Assembly: GCA_046563655.1 (NCBI GenBank)
Contig: CM102288.1
Location: forward strand, 3,534,001 to 3,598,000
DNA: 64,000 bases
From: Yuukianura sp. NJ FZ-2021
Lineage: Eukaryota
Reading direction: 5' to 3'
Positions 23,237-34,779 of this stretch are shown piece after piece (positions within the stretch are counted from its first letter, which is position 1; every line of letters starts with the position of its first letter). The notes beneath the pieces are model-generated. The model was not told where the DNA came from and did not search any database. It saw only the letters and a list, made by a program, of their open reading frames with translations. Both the position numbers and the translations under genes were made by a program.

Positions 23237-25307
23237 TCACTCCTCCTCGTCATCAACTAAACACCAATCAGGATCCGTCGAAGAGGAAGAACTGTGACGC
23301 TCCAAGTCCCGTTGTCTCCGTTTCTCCTTTTTACTAATCTTGTTTCCCTTTGACTTCTGAGCAGGCTCCGCCTCTTCTGCTATAGTCTCTTCCGGTTCCA
23401 CCGCCGCGGTGCTCGGAGTGTCTTCGACGGTCTCCGTCACTTCTTCCTCTTTGGCTTCACGACTTTTCTTAACAAGTTCAGCCAAGTACTTGAAGCGCAT
23501 CATACACTCTTCCTGTTTAGAACAAACGTTTATTTTGTTAGTCTTATACTGGCAGTACTTTCTTATAAGCAGTAGTGAAACATTGTTTCTTGTTGCACTT
23601 ACTTTTGTCCGTCCAGGAACTGCGTTAGCGATTTTGTCCCATCGCTCGGACACGCCCTTGGAATAGGTTTGAAGTGCTGTTTCCAGCGCCTTTTGCTCTT
23701 CTACCGACCAGTTTTCTACGCTGAGACGATCTACTATATCACCTTTGCCACCTTTTGTCTTTGTTTTGATTTTGAGTTGCACTGGAGCATCTTCTTTCTG
23801 TTCATCGCCTGGTTTATTGGCTAATCTCTCCAGCACCTAATCACCAAAATCAATTAATTTTAGCAAATTGGAAAATTTTTAGAGCTGTAAGTTCTTACCG
23901 TCTTAGCCATCGTAGTGACTTCACCAACAGGTCGGTTGAGTAGTGACGAAATGACGTTCCATCTATCTGGAGTTCCGCCGGGATACTTGTGGCAAAGTTT
24001 AGAAAGTTCAGCAATATCGTCATCTGTCCAAAGACCACCAGAAACAACTGCTGGTTTCTGTGGAATACTGCCTTTGGAATGGCCTTGCTGAACTGGTTCT
24101 GCTTTGGCAGAAGATGTGTCACCCTCTGGTTTCTCAGGAACGGCAAATGTCTTGCGTTTTCGTGGCTTTTTGCGCTCTTCAGCTTGAAGCCTTTCTCGTT
24201 CAGCTTCTTCGGCTTCTAAACGCAATTGTTCTTCTTGGGCAGCCTTTTCGGCTTTCCATTGACGATAAAGGTTGATCACATCAAATGGGAATTGAATGAC
24301 CATATACTTGCAAAAACGAACAAGTTGAATAGGTGCGATGTCCCATAAACTGAAATTCAAAAAACTTGATGAAATTCTCGTGTTTCATGACAAAAAATTC
24401 TAATAAGTTTTTCGTAACTTTGTCACCTTGGTCTGGGCAGTACACTGTCAATTTTTGCCATCCACTCGTCTGGTTTGATACCCTCTTTCTGTGCTTTCCG
24501 AGTCCTCTGGGTTCTTCGAATCTCTGCATCGACACGTTCTTTCTACAAAATTAACCGAAATTGTTATGCTACAAACGATTATCGCACTGAGATTTGAAAT
24601 GGCTTACAATTGAGAGACGCTTTTCCCAGTATGCTGCCCATCCAGCCAAGTACTGCCCGACAGAAACAATCACGAGGACGATTATGATGACCTGCCAAAG
24701 AGCTAACTTGCGGTAACGGCGGTAGTAGTAAATTGGTTGTCTCCAGTTGGGAAGTCCATCTCGTAGAACCTATAAAAACGAGATCAATCCAGCAAACTAT
24801 TTCTTGACAAATCAACGATACATTGTAAAGTAATCGTACTTGATGGTAGGCTTCCCGTAGTTCAGAATCCTTCAAGACTTCATAGATTCCAACAAGCTAT
24901 GCAAAACAATCAGAACACACAGTGTTACGCTGAATAATTAAGTTCAGTTATAAATGTAAACTTTTGGTAACTTACTTGTCGAAATTTTGTTTGAGCATCC
25001 GGTTCCGGATTCTTGTCGGGGTGCAGTTTCACCGATAATCTTCTGTACGCCTGTTTGATCTCCTTGGACGTTGCTTCCTGAAAGGAGAAAACACATTGAA
25101 ATCAAATCAGCTGACTAGAGGTCACAGAGGTCATTTATAAAAATTTACCTGAGGTATGCCAAGAACTTCATAAAAGTTCTGTCCAACTTCTTCCACTAAA
25201 TCGAACATTTCCAGATCCGAATTCTCCCATGACCTCACCAGGTCAATCTCAATTACACTTACTACTAAACAAACTGAAAGAATCCTGCATACACTGCTGT
25301 GTAACAT
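23237..25307 (-). CDS. DNAJC1: DnaJ homolog subfamily C member 1 (ERdj1/MTJ1): signal peptide, J domain, TM segment, two SANT/Myb domains
   Basis: WENSDLEMFDLVEEVGQNFYEVLG, EIKQAYRRLSVKLHPDKN (HPD motif), GLPNWRQPIYYYRR, GGLWTDDDIAELSKLCHKYPGGTPDRW, WSVEEQKALETALQTYSKGVSERWDKIANAVPGRTK|EECMMRFK. Confidence 0.95.
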
Positions 25308-25923
25308 TTTGACCTAAATTACTTAGATTTAGAAGAAACTAAAGCAAAACTTCAGATGTTGCCCTATCGTTAATTCTTAAATTACAAATATCGTTAATAT
25401 AAAGAAGGTCCAGTACTTCCCGGAATGTTGGCAGTATTTCCACGTCCACCACTGACTTGGTGGCAGTTGATATTGCAAAAATTACGACTGAGTAACCACA
25501 AACAATTGGAAACCATCTGCTAAGCAATCTGATTTCCAATTGTTCAAATTTCAAGTGCTAAAAGGCTATGAGTTGGAAAGTGTTAGAAAAAAATGAGAAG
25601 GTGGCAAAAGTCCTTGCAAAAAAAATTTCCCGCAAGGAATTCTCGTAGCCAATAAAAGACACAGCAACTACTGCGTACTTCACTAATAGGTGTGACGTTA
25701 ACATTAATTATACACGACTAATTCAATTACTAATTGAACTACTCAATTCAATTTAATGAAAAACTTAGGTAGCAATCGTAAGTGTAAAGGCTTAGCACCA
25801 GTCATGTTTAATTGAAAACGTAACAACGCCTTACGTCGTATGTTGTTGGAAAAGATACTAAAATTCAATTAATTGCAGCTTTAAAGATAAATTGAATTAA
25901 AAATTGCACTTTTTGAGTACATT

Positions 25924-28510
25924 TCAAGTCCAAATGTCCTGCAGATATCGTTTAGCAGAAATCAGCTTGATCACTTCATCTTCTGCTTCTTTTTCAGACA
26001 GTGCTAAAAGATAAACCCAGAAATCAGTTCAATTCTAATTTATTAATTACAATTAACTGTGAATCTTGTACCTTTTTGTTTCTGAATTATTGCAACCAAT
26101 CTTTCGCGAATACTCTTCGCCATGTTTTTTGCATCACCACAAACGTACAGGAAACCACCACTGTCCAATAACGTTGACACTACGTTGTTCGCATTCTTCT
26201 CCATCAAATCCTAAAGCAATTTATGTTTGTACAGTAAGATCCGGAACTTTAGTAAGGGTACTTTGTTTTTTCAGATTTTTACCTGAACATACTTGACTCC
26301 ATCTTGGTCAGCATCTCGGCTAAAGGCGACATTCAGTTCCGTTAGAACGTCGTCTTCACTCCTACGAAGCTCCATGGTTTCGCGATAAAGAAAATCCTTG
26401 TCCCGATGTCTGCATCCATAGTACAAAAACATTGGACCAACTTCCAGTCCCCCTTTTTTCTGAAAATGGCGATGCTCAAGGAACCCTGAAACGCAGTTTC
26501 AAAATTTTGATTTTCCGTATTTCAAAATTTCGGATTTTCAAATCCGTCATTTCCTTACCAAGAAATGGAGCTACACCAGTTCCGGGACCGACCATGATTA
26601 CAGATGCTTTTGGATCTTCTGGAAGTCTGAAGTGATGATTCTTCCTCTTGTAGAAAACAATTGTGTTTGATACTTCAGTTGAATTTTGACACTTTACGTC
26701 AGTTGACAACGACAGGTCAAGCAGTGACTGTTCGATAGAACTTGTTCCACTGCTGACAAAGCCGAGTCGTTGGACCAAATCCAGGAACCATCCAGTACAC
26801 AACCCAAGTCTTGGATACATTCGTCCATTTTCAGCTGGAATTTGAATAATGTTGAAGGCAATGGTGAAGGATGTTTTAGATGCAAGTGGACTGGAAGCGA
26901 TTGAGTAGGCACGAGGAATGAGGCGAGGCAAATGTTCTAGAAGTGACTCCACTGGAGGATGACATGATGGGTACTTTATCAGAATGTCCAGAATAGACAG
27001 TGAAGCGAATCGAATGGTTTCTTCATATTTACTGCCTCCTTCCCGACTACAAAGTTCTAACAAAGTTGACTTCTCTGTGGGATCTTCTGTCGATTCAGCT
27101 AGAAGTCGAAGAAGTGCCTACATAAACCAGAAACGAAAAGGCATGTTTTTTTTTATCAAATTGTTCGTTAATGCTTAATTTTCGGTGAATTAACCTTCTT
27201 TGGTGCAGTTCGGATGTCTAAGAAGTAAGTAAACAGATCATGAAACGTTGACTTCTTCGGTAGAAATGCTGGAAACTTTCCTTTAGCACCAGTCTTAAGG
27301 CTCAGTTCAAACGATTCATGCTCCTTTCCTTTCAACTTGAGTCGCTCCAGCAGTGCTGTCACTTCTGATGCTGGATTCGGACAGATGATGCCAATGGCAT
27401 CTCCAGGCTCGAACTCAAATTCTTTTCCTTCCTGTAGAAATCACATCTCAGTCACAATGTCAATCTTACAATCTTCGATAATATCATAAAAAATACCAGA
27501 CTTACCGTAGTCGTCAACGTCACTTCCAACGTCGTTTTGATGGACCCATCACTTGTAAGCAATTTTGAATTGGTCAACTTGGCCACGTAAGGTTCACCGT
27601 CAATACTTGGGTAAGGAGCTGGAGGAGTCAGGAGGTCAATTTTCGTCGTTTCAGCCTTTTCTAAGTAATTTAGCTCAATGAACGGCTGAGGAAGCGAAGG
27701 AAGCGTAAGTGTCACTGGTGTGGATGTCATGTCGCCGGCCTCAGTAACTTCTTGGAGTTCGGTGGTTTTTAGAAAAACTTTGTTTTCAATTCCAGCTAAC
27801 TTCTGAAGTGCAGGCCAGAGTCCGTCGATCCAATCTTCAATAACTTGGTCCTGTCTAAAACATGATGGTCACAAGACGAAATTTACATCAGTTTCTGTTA
27901 CTTTTCCGTTAGTTATTACCCCACAGCGTCGTCAGCCCAAGCAGCAGTGTAAAACAACTGAGCTCCAAGATCTTGGAATCGTTTGTGAATTGTCTTCCCA
28001 CAGTTGCAGAAATCGTCTACAATTCATCAAAACAAAGAAGTTTAAGCCTCCCCTTGACTTATGAAAGATTATGTAATAAGACTTACTGTAATTTGTGTCA
28101 CCGAGTCCTAAAATGGAGTAGCTAACAGTATCCAAAACGTTCGCGTCCAAATTCTTTCTACGCAACTTTCTGAAAAACTTGTCAGCGTTCTCGGGGGCCT
28201 CTCCGTCTCCAGTCGTTGAGCTTATGATGACAATCGGCACGTTGAACTTCCGCAACTCTTTCTGAAACATACAGAAAAAAAACGTACAAATATCCGTCTC
28301 CGTTTGAATGAAAATGACAATCAACGTTGGAAGAGAGCGAAAGTACAGGGTTGTAAAACTTTCGCTTACGATTTCTTTGATTTCGTTAAGCGACAGGACT
28401 TGGGATGTCAAATCGTAATTAGACGCAGTTTCAGCGATCCCTTCCGCAAGCGATTTTGCTTGTCCCAATTGGCTGCCATACAAAATGGCAAAGGACAACC
28501 CAACAGTCAT
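25924..28510 (-). CDS. MTRR: Methionine synthase reductase (diflavin FMN/FAD/NADPH oxidoreductase, cblE)
   Basis: Flavodoxin motifs ILYGSQLGQAKSLAE, SSTTGDGEAPENA, LGLGDTNY; MTRR-type LELCSREGG and LLEHLPRLIPRAYSIASS, GLCTGW, IMVGPGTGVAPFLG, YGCRHRDKDFLYRE; C-terminal RYLQDIWT*. No N-terminal membrane anchor, so not cytochrome P450 reductase. Confidence 0.92.
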
Positions 28511-28889
28511 CGTCAACTTCTGCCCAGTTTATTCTGGATATGGAATGACGCAGGACAAAACACACAGTGGAACTTACCCCGTACAGGAAACGATGTATCG
28601 TTTAATTTAAAGACTGTTTAATTAGCAATTGGCTAAGTTAATCACTAATTAATTAAAACTTTAAGAAATCAATGCAAAACTGTCAAAATCAAAAAACACG
28701 TGGAAATGACGAACAGCTGACCAAGGAAATTCCCGCGTAAGGAAGAAGCGTCAGCTACGACCTTATGCAGACGAAAAAAGTATTAAAAGTAAGTTATAGT
28801 ATTTAACAGTTAAATTTTAACTTAAACTATTTGAACAATTATTTATTAATAAAATTAGTTAACAAGTGAATTTGTTCTGGTTAGATGGA

Positions 28890-30746
28890 TTAAACGAAAA
28901 CAGTACGAAGCGCTGCATAGCAAATGTCAGCCCATCGCATTCCACGAAGTCGCAGCGTTTGTCCAAGCAAGATTCGCTCCAAGTAGTGAACAAACAACTA
29001 AATAAAAATTAAATTTTAATTCTAATTTTAAAATTAATAAATTACAAATGTTTAGAAAAATGTTGAAAAGAGATACTAACCAATGATGAAAAGACTGCCC
29101 AACATCCAGCAACACATACTTGGAAAGTATCCCAGACATTGGACACTCTGTAGCTAAACGATTGGACAACTAGGAGTGACAGGAGGGTTGACATGAGCGT
29201 CTGTCCAGCCAACATTCGGTACATGGCAGCCGTTCCGACACGTGACTAAAATCAAGCAACGAAACTTGTCGGTTCATGTCATTCGTAAATTACGAATGAC
29301 ATGAGCAGACACTACAAATCGCAATTTCGTTATGGTAATTAGTAATTTCGTCACTGGTAATTCGCAATTTCGTCATTGGTAATTCGTAATTCATATAAAT
29401 TGTGAATTCATTACCGTCGTATACACATCCATGACAAATGCACAAACAATATTCAGAGCAATTTGTAAATTGCCAAGGACCAGAGCAATTCCGGGGGTCA
29501 GACGCAGGTTAATCCAGAATTCAGGCTTTTTCGCATCGTAGCCTTCGTTTTTAAAGTCCTCGTACAAATCCAAGTTGACATACCAAAGCTTTTTCAAAAA
29601 ATGAAACAAATTTGAAAATTTGAAATTCCAAATCTGCGAAGTTTCACAGACAACCTGTACACCACGCTCAATTCCCAGGGACAGGAAGACTTGAAAAGCC
29701 GTGAAGTTCAGTTCCTGAATAATTCATGACTCATGAATCATGAGACACATCAAAAAGTGTACAAGAAAAAAAAGCTTGAAAACAAAAATTTTCTAAAATG
29801 AAAGTTTAATTTATTTTTGTTTACCCCAAACAGAAACGTGATTAGATTCAGCGGAGTAATGTACAGCAGTTTGCGACTCATTTGAAGATGTGTGAACACA
29901 CTTAAAGCAATGTGGAGAAAACTGAAAACATTTTGAAAAAAAAATTGGACACATCTTAAAATTGGAAAACCTAGAAAGTTGTGTTTTGCAACATGAAGTG
30001 GCAAAAACAAACTTACAAACAAACCATGAGGGGGTAGGCGTAGAACTCGGCAGTGTACAAGTACGTATGGATTGCCTCTCTGAAATTACTTTTACAATTA
30101 GTTCTAATTTTAATTAATTATACTAATTGCTTTAATTTATTACACAAATATAATGAGTGAAATCCAAAAGAGTCGGAATAAGGTACAGCAAAACATGAGG
30201 CCAAGCAGACTGCCGCAGAATCGGCTCACGAGAGTTGGATTCGAAAATTCATGTGGGAGGTCAACAATGTCACCATGTCCAAAAATCTAAAAATTTTGAA
30301 AACTGAATCCAAATTTGTCAACTTTTGACCTTTGACCTTACCCAGCATCCTGGATTCTCCTCAATGAATCCTGGCAAGTCCTCTTCAGCCACATTAGCTT
30401 TTGATTTGTGGTCAAACTCTTGTTTAAAAACTTCCTTTTGCAGTGACAGCATCACATCGACCAATGAGAGCCTGTGTGCTAGCTCCTCTGCTTCTTCGTT
30501 TTCGGATGTACTGTGATGGTGATGCTGATGATGCTGTTGGTGCTGCTGAGGGGCTGAGGGAGTGTCAGGGGGTACTTCAGGTTCAAGCTCAACTCCGCGG
30601 AACTTTCTCCTCTTATCCTTGTTTCCGCTGAATTTCCGCTTTCCATCACTCTCAACTTTCTCTTCTTGGGCTTTTGGTGGTGTCGATTCGACAACTTCCT
30701 CGGTTTCCGTTTCCTTTTTCAATGGTGACAATGATGCCAAGTCCAT
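28890..30746 (-). CDS. Divergent TMBIM/Lifeguard (Bax inhibitor-1 family)-like multi-pass membrane protein, ~400 aa, 8 exons
   Basis: Phase-consistent spliced ORF. An acidic/His-rich N-tail is followed by FSNPTLVSRFCGSLLGLMF (cf. Lifeguard FSDxSIRxxFIRKVYxILM), RKLLYITPLNLITFLF (cf. RRxxPxNxIxLxxFT) and WAVFSSLLFVHYLERILLG...DICYAALRTVFV* (cf. GAxxFxxFLxYDTQLxxG...EYIFAALxxYLDI). The gene is well supported; the family call is tentative. Confidence 0.55.
29274..29390. repeat. Perfect 15-bp inverted repeat followed by ~22-bp tandem repeats (intronic, TE-like)
   Basis: tcatgtcattcgtaa (29274-29288), a 1-nt spacer, then ttacgaatgacatga (29290-29304); about 3 copies of cgcaatttcgtcattggtaatt follow. 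Confidence 0.75.
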
Positions 30747-32974
30747 TTTGTAAAAAAGTTTGACCTTTGACCTTGATTCTTTCAAATTCCTAATTTCCCT
30801 ATTCCTGATGCGATGGAATTCTCACGTTTACTTTCTTCAAATACCGTTCAAGTTTGTTTTTATTTTCAAAATTTGTTTCTTCCTTCACAAAATTTTGGAA
30901 AGTTGCTAAGAGTAAAAGCCAAACAGAAATTCTTAACAAAATTGTGCAGTACAAACCACGACAAATTTAAAAAATCAGATCAACACTTGATGAGTGCACG
31001 GTATGGATGAAGCAAGTGAAAGCAAATGTAAAATTTTGAATGCCGATTTTTGTTTTTTTGTTTTAAATTTTTTGAAGTTTTTCCTTTTGAAAAAGAATTA
31101 GGCATGAGGAATTAGACAACACAAAAATTCAGATACAGCTTCAATATTTTGCAAAATTTGATTTTTTTTCATGGTGAATTATGACTTGCTCTTGTGCATC
31201 AGCTAGTACAGTTTTTTTTGACAAGGAAGATGATGTTGAAATAGCAATGATTACACATGCATTTATGCATGTTTGCGTAAGAATGCGTGTCAAGTAACTG
31301 TACAGACACGCACAAATATCTTAAGGCTAAAATTAGCAAGTTGTTAACTAACTTTAACCAAGTTTCTCTTCCATTAGTTTTTAACTTTAGTAAGAAGAGG
31401 AAGTTAACATCAGGGGTCAGTGACCGCGTGAATTTAAGTTTCCGCCAATTTTTTTCAGCTTTATTATAAGCAATTGTTATGCAAAGAACGAAACTGAAAT
31501 AATTAGCACAACCAAGTAAAAAAAAACAACGTAAACTAGCACAACGTTTTTGTTTTTGAAAAAAAAAAATTCTTTCACACTTCAGAATTTGTTGGGCTCT
31601 GTCTTTGGTGAAAGTTTTTGAAAAGTTGACATTCTCCTTTTAAAGAAAAGGCAAGGTTACGTTATGCTCTTAGTCATTAGACAAATGATTCCATTGTTTA
31701 TGTGAAAAGTTAGGTTTACTACGTTAGGTAAAGTACAAAGGTGTAGTTTAGGTTAATTAGCTTGTTTTTGAGCCATTTGTCACCGTCCTAAATAACTTTT
31801 AGTACTTCCTTCCAGTTTAATAGTTGCGTCGCGTCAATGTTTTCGCACCTTAAGGTCGAAATTTCGCCACATTCCAAATCCAAGGAACTTTTAAAACGGG
31901 CATCACGTTCATGCAATTTTGAATTTGACGGCAAGCGTTTCAGCACCGCCGTAGCTTGGTTTGTGGACTTTGCTTTTTAATTGGTTTATGCGTCGCAGCG
32001 TCAAAAAACAACAACAAAACCGTCGGAGTTAACAAAGAACAAACGCTTTATGCTTGAATTGTTAACCAAAAACAAACCCAGTCGTTTAACAATTAACTTT
32101 CCCTTTAAAGTATCATCGTAAACAGAATCGTTAATTCGTCTTTAGTTAGCAGCAGCAGAGTAGTCAACTCATTTAATTGAATTGACTTTAATTAGTCTTT
32201 TGACCGTGGAAATCCACAATTAAGCCCAAAAACGCTTCTTAAATTCTCAATTTCAAGGAAACCACAAATTGAGTTAAAAACGTAGTTAACGAAGTAGCCA
32301 GCGTTTCAGAAATTTTGAAGTCCGGGAATTCGGTGCGGTCGAGGCCTAACAAAAGCTAGTTATTTCCAGATTGCAAACGAGGCGTGACTCAGCTTGTGCC
32401 AAAATGACTCCTTAAATGTGCTTTCAAAGTGCTAATTTAACAGTCATCGTCGTTAAATCTTGGTTTATATACCACGTGAGTCACCTCTGTTTTAATTGCA
32501 GTGGGCTTAAGTACTAAGCTTACCAAAATTTAAATTTCACACCTTAGTCTATGCGTAAACGCTAGTTTTTACTTCTGGGAGGGACGGTGACGAAGAGGGA
32601 GCGTTTAAAGTGACGAGTCAGCCAAGTGCTAATGAGCCTCACTTTTACATGGCCATGGACCACCACAATTTCAATTCTACCCACCAAGGAATCCATTACT
32701 GCCGAAACTAGTGAGCAACAAACACCAAAAACTGATTTCAAATTCAGAAAAATTTGAAAAAATTTAAACATTTTTTGAAAGATTTAAAACTGAAGGGTTT
32801 CTCAAAATCTTAAGCCAGGTTCACACTAAAAGTGATTTCGCGAATTAGAAAATCGGTGAAAGTTTTACTGAACCTGAGTGGGCCTATTGTTCTTGAAAAA
32901 ATTGACGACGGTGCAGGGCGGTTCGACTTTTTGGAAATTCTTGATCGGAAAAGGCCGTTCCGGTCGACTTCAGA

Positions 32975-33854
32975 ATGAAAAACGGTGACCACGGTCCAAG
33001 ACCGGAGCCTTACAATGCCAACCCGAACCAGTATCGATACTACAATGGTGGTGGTGGTGGCAGTGCGTTCCACAGAAATCTCGGCACTATAGTTGGAGTC
33101 ATCGCGTTCATTTCAGTGGTAAGTTTTGACCTTTGAAGTCTATAGTTTGACCTTTGACAACGTGAGAGTTCTACGCTGCTTAAAATTTTCATCTCGCGCG
33201 GAGAGTTGAAACGCTCGCAGTATTTTTTTCAGGTTCCAGCTTCTCCTCAAGCAGCGATTAGGCTGAGAAACTCTTAAAATTCTGAATGCTGTTTACAGTT
33301 TCTAGGTATTGGAACGCTGGCCACCAGTAGTTGGGTGCTGCATCGTGCGTTACAGCAGCAGAAAAATCCCACTTTGGCCACAGCCACTGACCTCTTGCAC
33401 CAGGTCAACACTTTCTTCGGCGGAACGACTGGCCTCTATGACCTGGACGTCATCTTCCGCATCTTCATCTCAGTCAGTGCCACGACTCTGGCCGCCGCCT
33501 TTGTCCAGTTTCTCATGTCATTCTGGCTCATGTTGGCCAGTGTCAAGGTACTTTCTAGAATCTACAAAAACAACACTATCATCATACCATAAACTAACTT
33601 AAAAATACTTGTAACAACTTGACCTCTGACCTGTGTAGGGTGGACGGTACATGGCCAGGATCTGGGTGTTTGTGCAAGTCGTGACAATGGTGGCAATTGG
33701 CGGTGGATTTTTATGCATCATGACAAATGATCTTGAAATTAATTACCCCACCCTCATCTTCCTCATTGTCTCCGGAACAAACTTCTTCCTAACGATCGTC
33801 TTCTCTCTCGTTGTCTTCATCTACAGCTACGGCAACGAGGACACTGCTGTCTAA
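32975..33854 (+). CDS. Uncharacterised four-transmembrane protein, 202 aa, 3 exons
   Basis: Exons 32975-33118, 33299-33547, 33639-33854, all phase 0, GT-AG. Four hydrophobic segments: LGTIVGVIAFISVFLGIGTL; IFISVSATTLAAAFVQFLMSFWLMLA; IWVFVQVVTMVAIGGGFLCIM; LIFLIVSGTNFFLTIVFSLVVFIY. Confidence 0.8.
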
Positions 33855-33857
33855 AAA

Positions 33858-34050
33858 CTCAAAAGGTCAAACATCAAAAATTAAAAGGCAAAAAATTCAA
33901 AAAGGTCAAACATCAAAAGTTAAAAGGTAGAAAGTCGAAAAGGTTAGACATCAAAAGTTAGAAGGCAAAAAAAGTTAAAAAGGTCAAACATCAAAAGTTA
34001 AAAGACAAAAAAGTGAAACATCAAAAGGTCATAAACGTCAAAAAGGTCAA
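33858..34050. repeat. A-rich tandem repeat (~15/30-bp period, aaaaggtcaaacatcaaaag...)
   Basis: At least 5 copies of a(a/g)acatcaaaa with interleaved aaaaggtc/aaaaggc units, starting right after the stop codon of the 4-TM gene. Confidence 0.85.
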
Positions 34051-34779
34051 CTCCAACTTTGTACAAAAACTCCCTAAGCCCCTCCCCCTCTTCACATCTC
34101 CATTTCTTGTTGTACAGACGAGATGTCGGAGAGGTGTGAAAAGTAACGCCAGTTGAGACATAAACTTTCTCATTATTTCGTAATTGTTTCAAGTACCCTC
34201 CAAGCCCTTAAGTGTCTAAAAGTACTATAAGTGTCTATATTAGTCGGAAATGGAAATCCGTTAAGTTTTTGTTAGCTCATTTCCAAATGACAATAATAAA
34301 AGGAACTAGGTCACACCTCTCCCATTTTCACTTTCCACACTTTAAGTATTTAGCAGAATGGCCATGAACAAAAAAAGTTTTACGACACCACAAAAATTTG
34401 GGCGTGGGCTTCGTCATCTTCAATAGTTCACAAACAGTATAACTAAAAGTACTGCTTTCCTTTTCTACACAAAATGTTAAGTTATGTTCTAAATAAGTTA
34501 ATTACAATTAAACTAAAAGTACAAAAACAACGCTGTGTCTGCGAATTTTCTAAACTTTAATTTTCAATTTAACAATTTACGACTTTTTCAGGTAAAAGTT
34601 GACACTGTAAGTTATTTTTTTTTTCGGAAAAACTTTCCGAAAACTTTGGTTTTTGTTCCTTCCTGTCACTAGAAATGGAATGTCCAGTTGCCGCAAAATC
34701 GCTGCCGCACGATTCACTTTTCATAAAAAATATCACGAAATCAAGAGTTTGGAACTTTCTGTATGACTTTGGCTTAACT

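Noticed and set aside
25924..28510. Alternative identity as cytochrome P450 reductase, NDOR1 or NOS reductase
   Set aside because: No N-terminal TM anchor or oxygenase domain; the LELCSxxG, LLEHLPxLxPRxYS and RYLQDIW motifs fit MTRR better.
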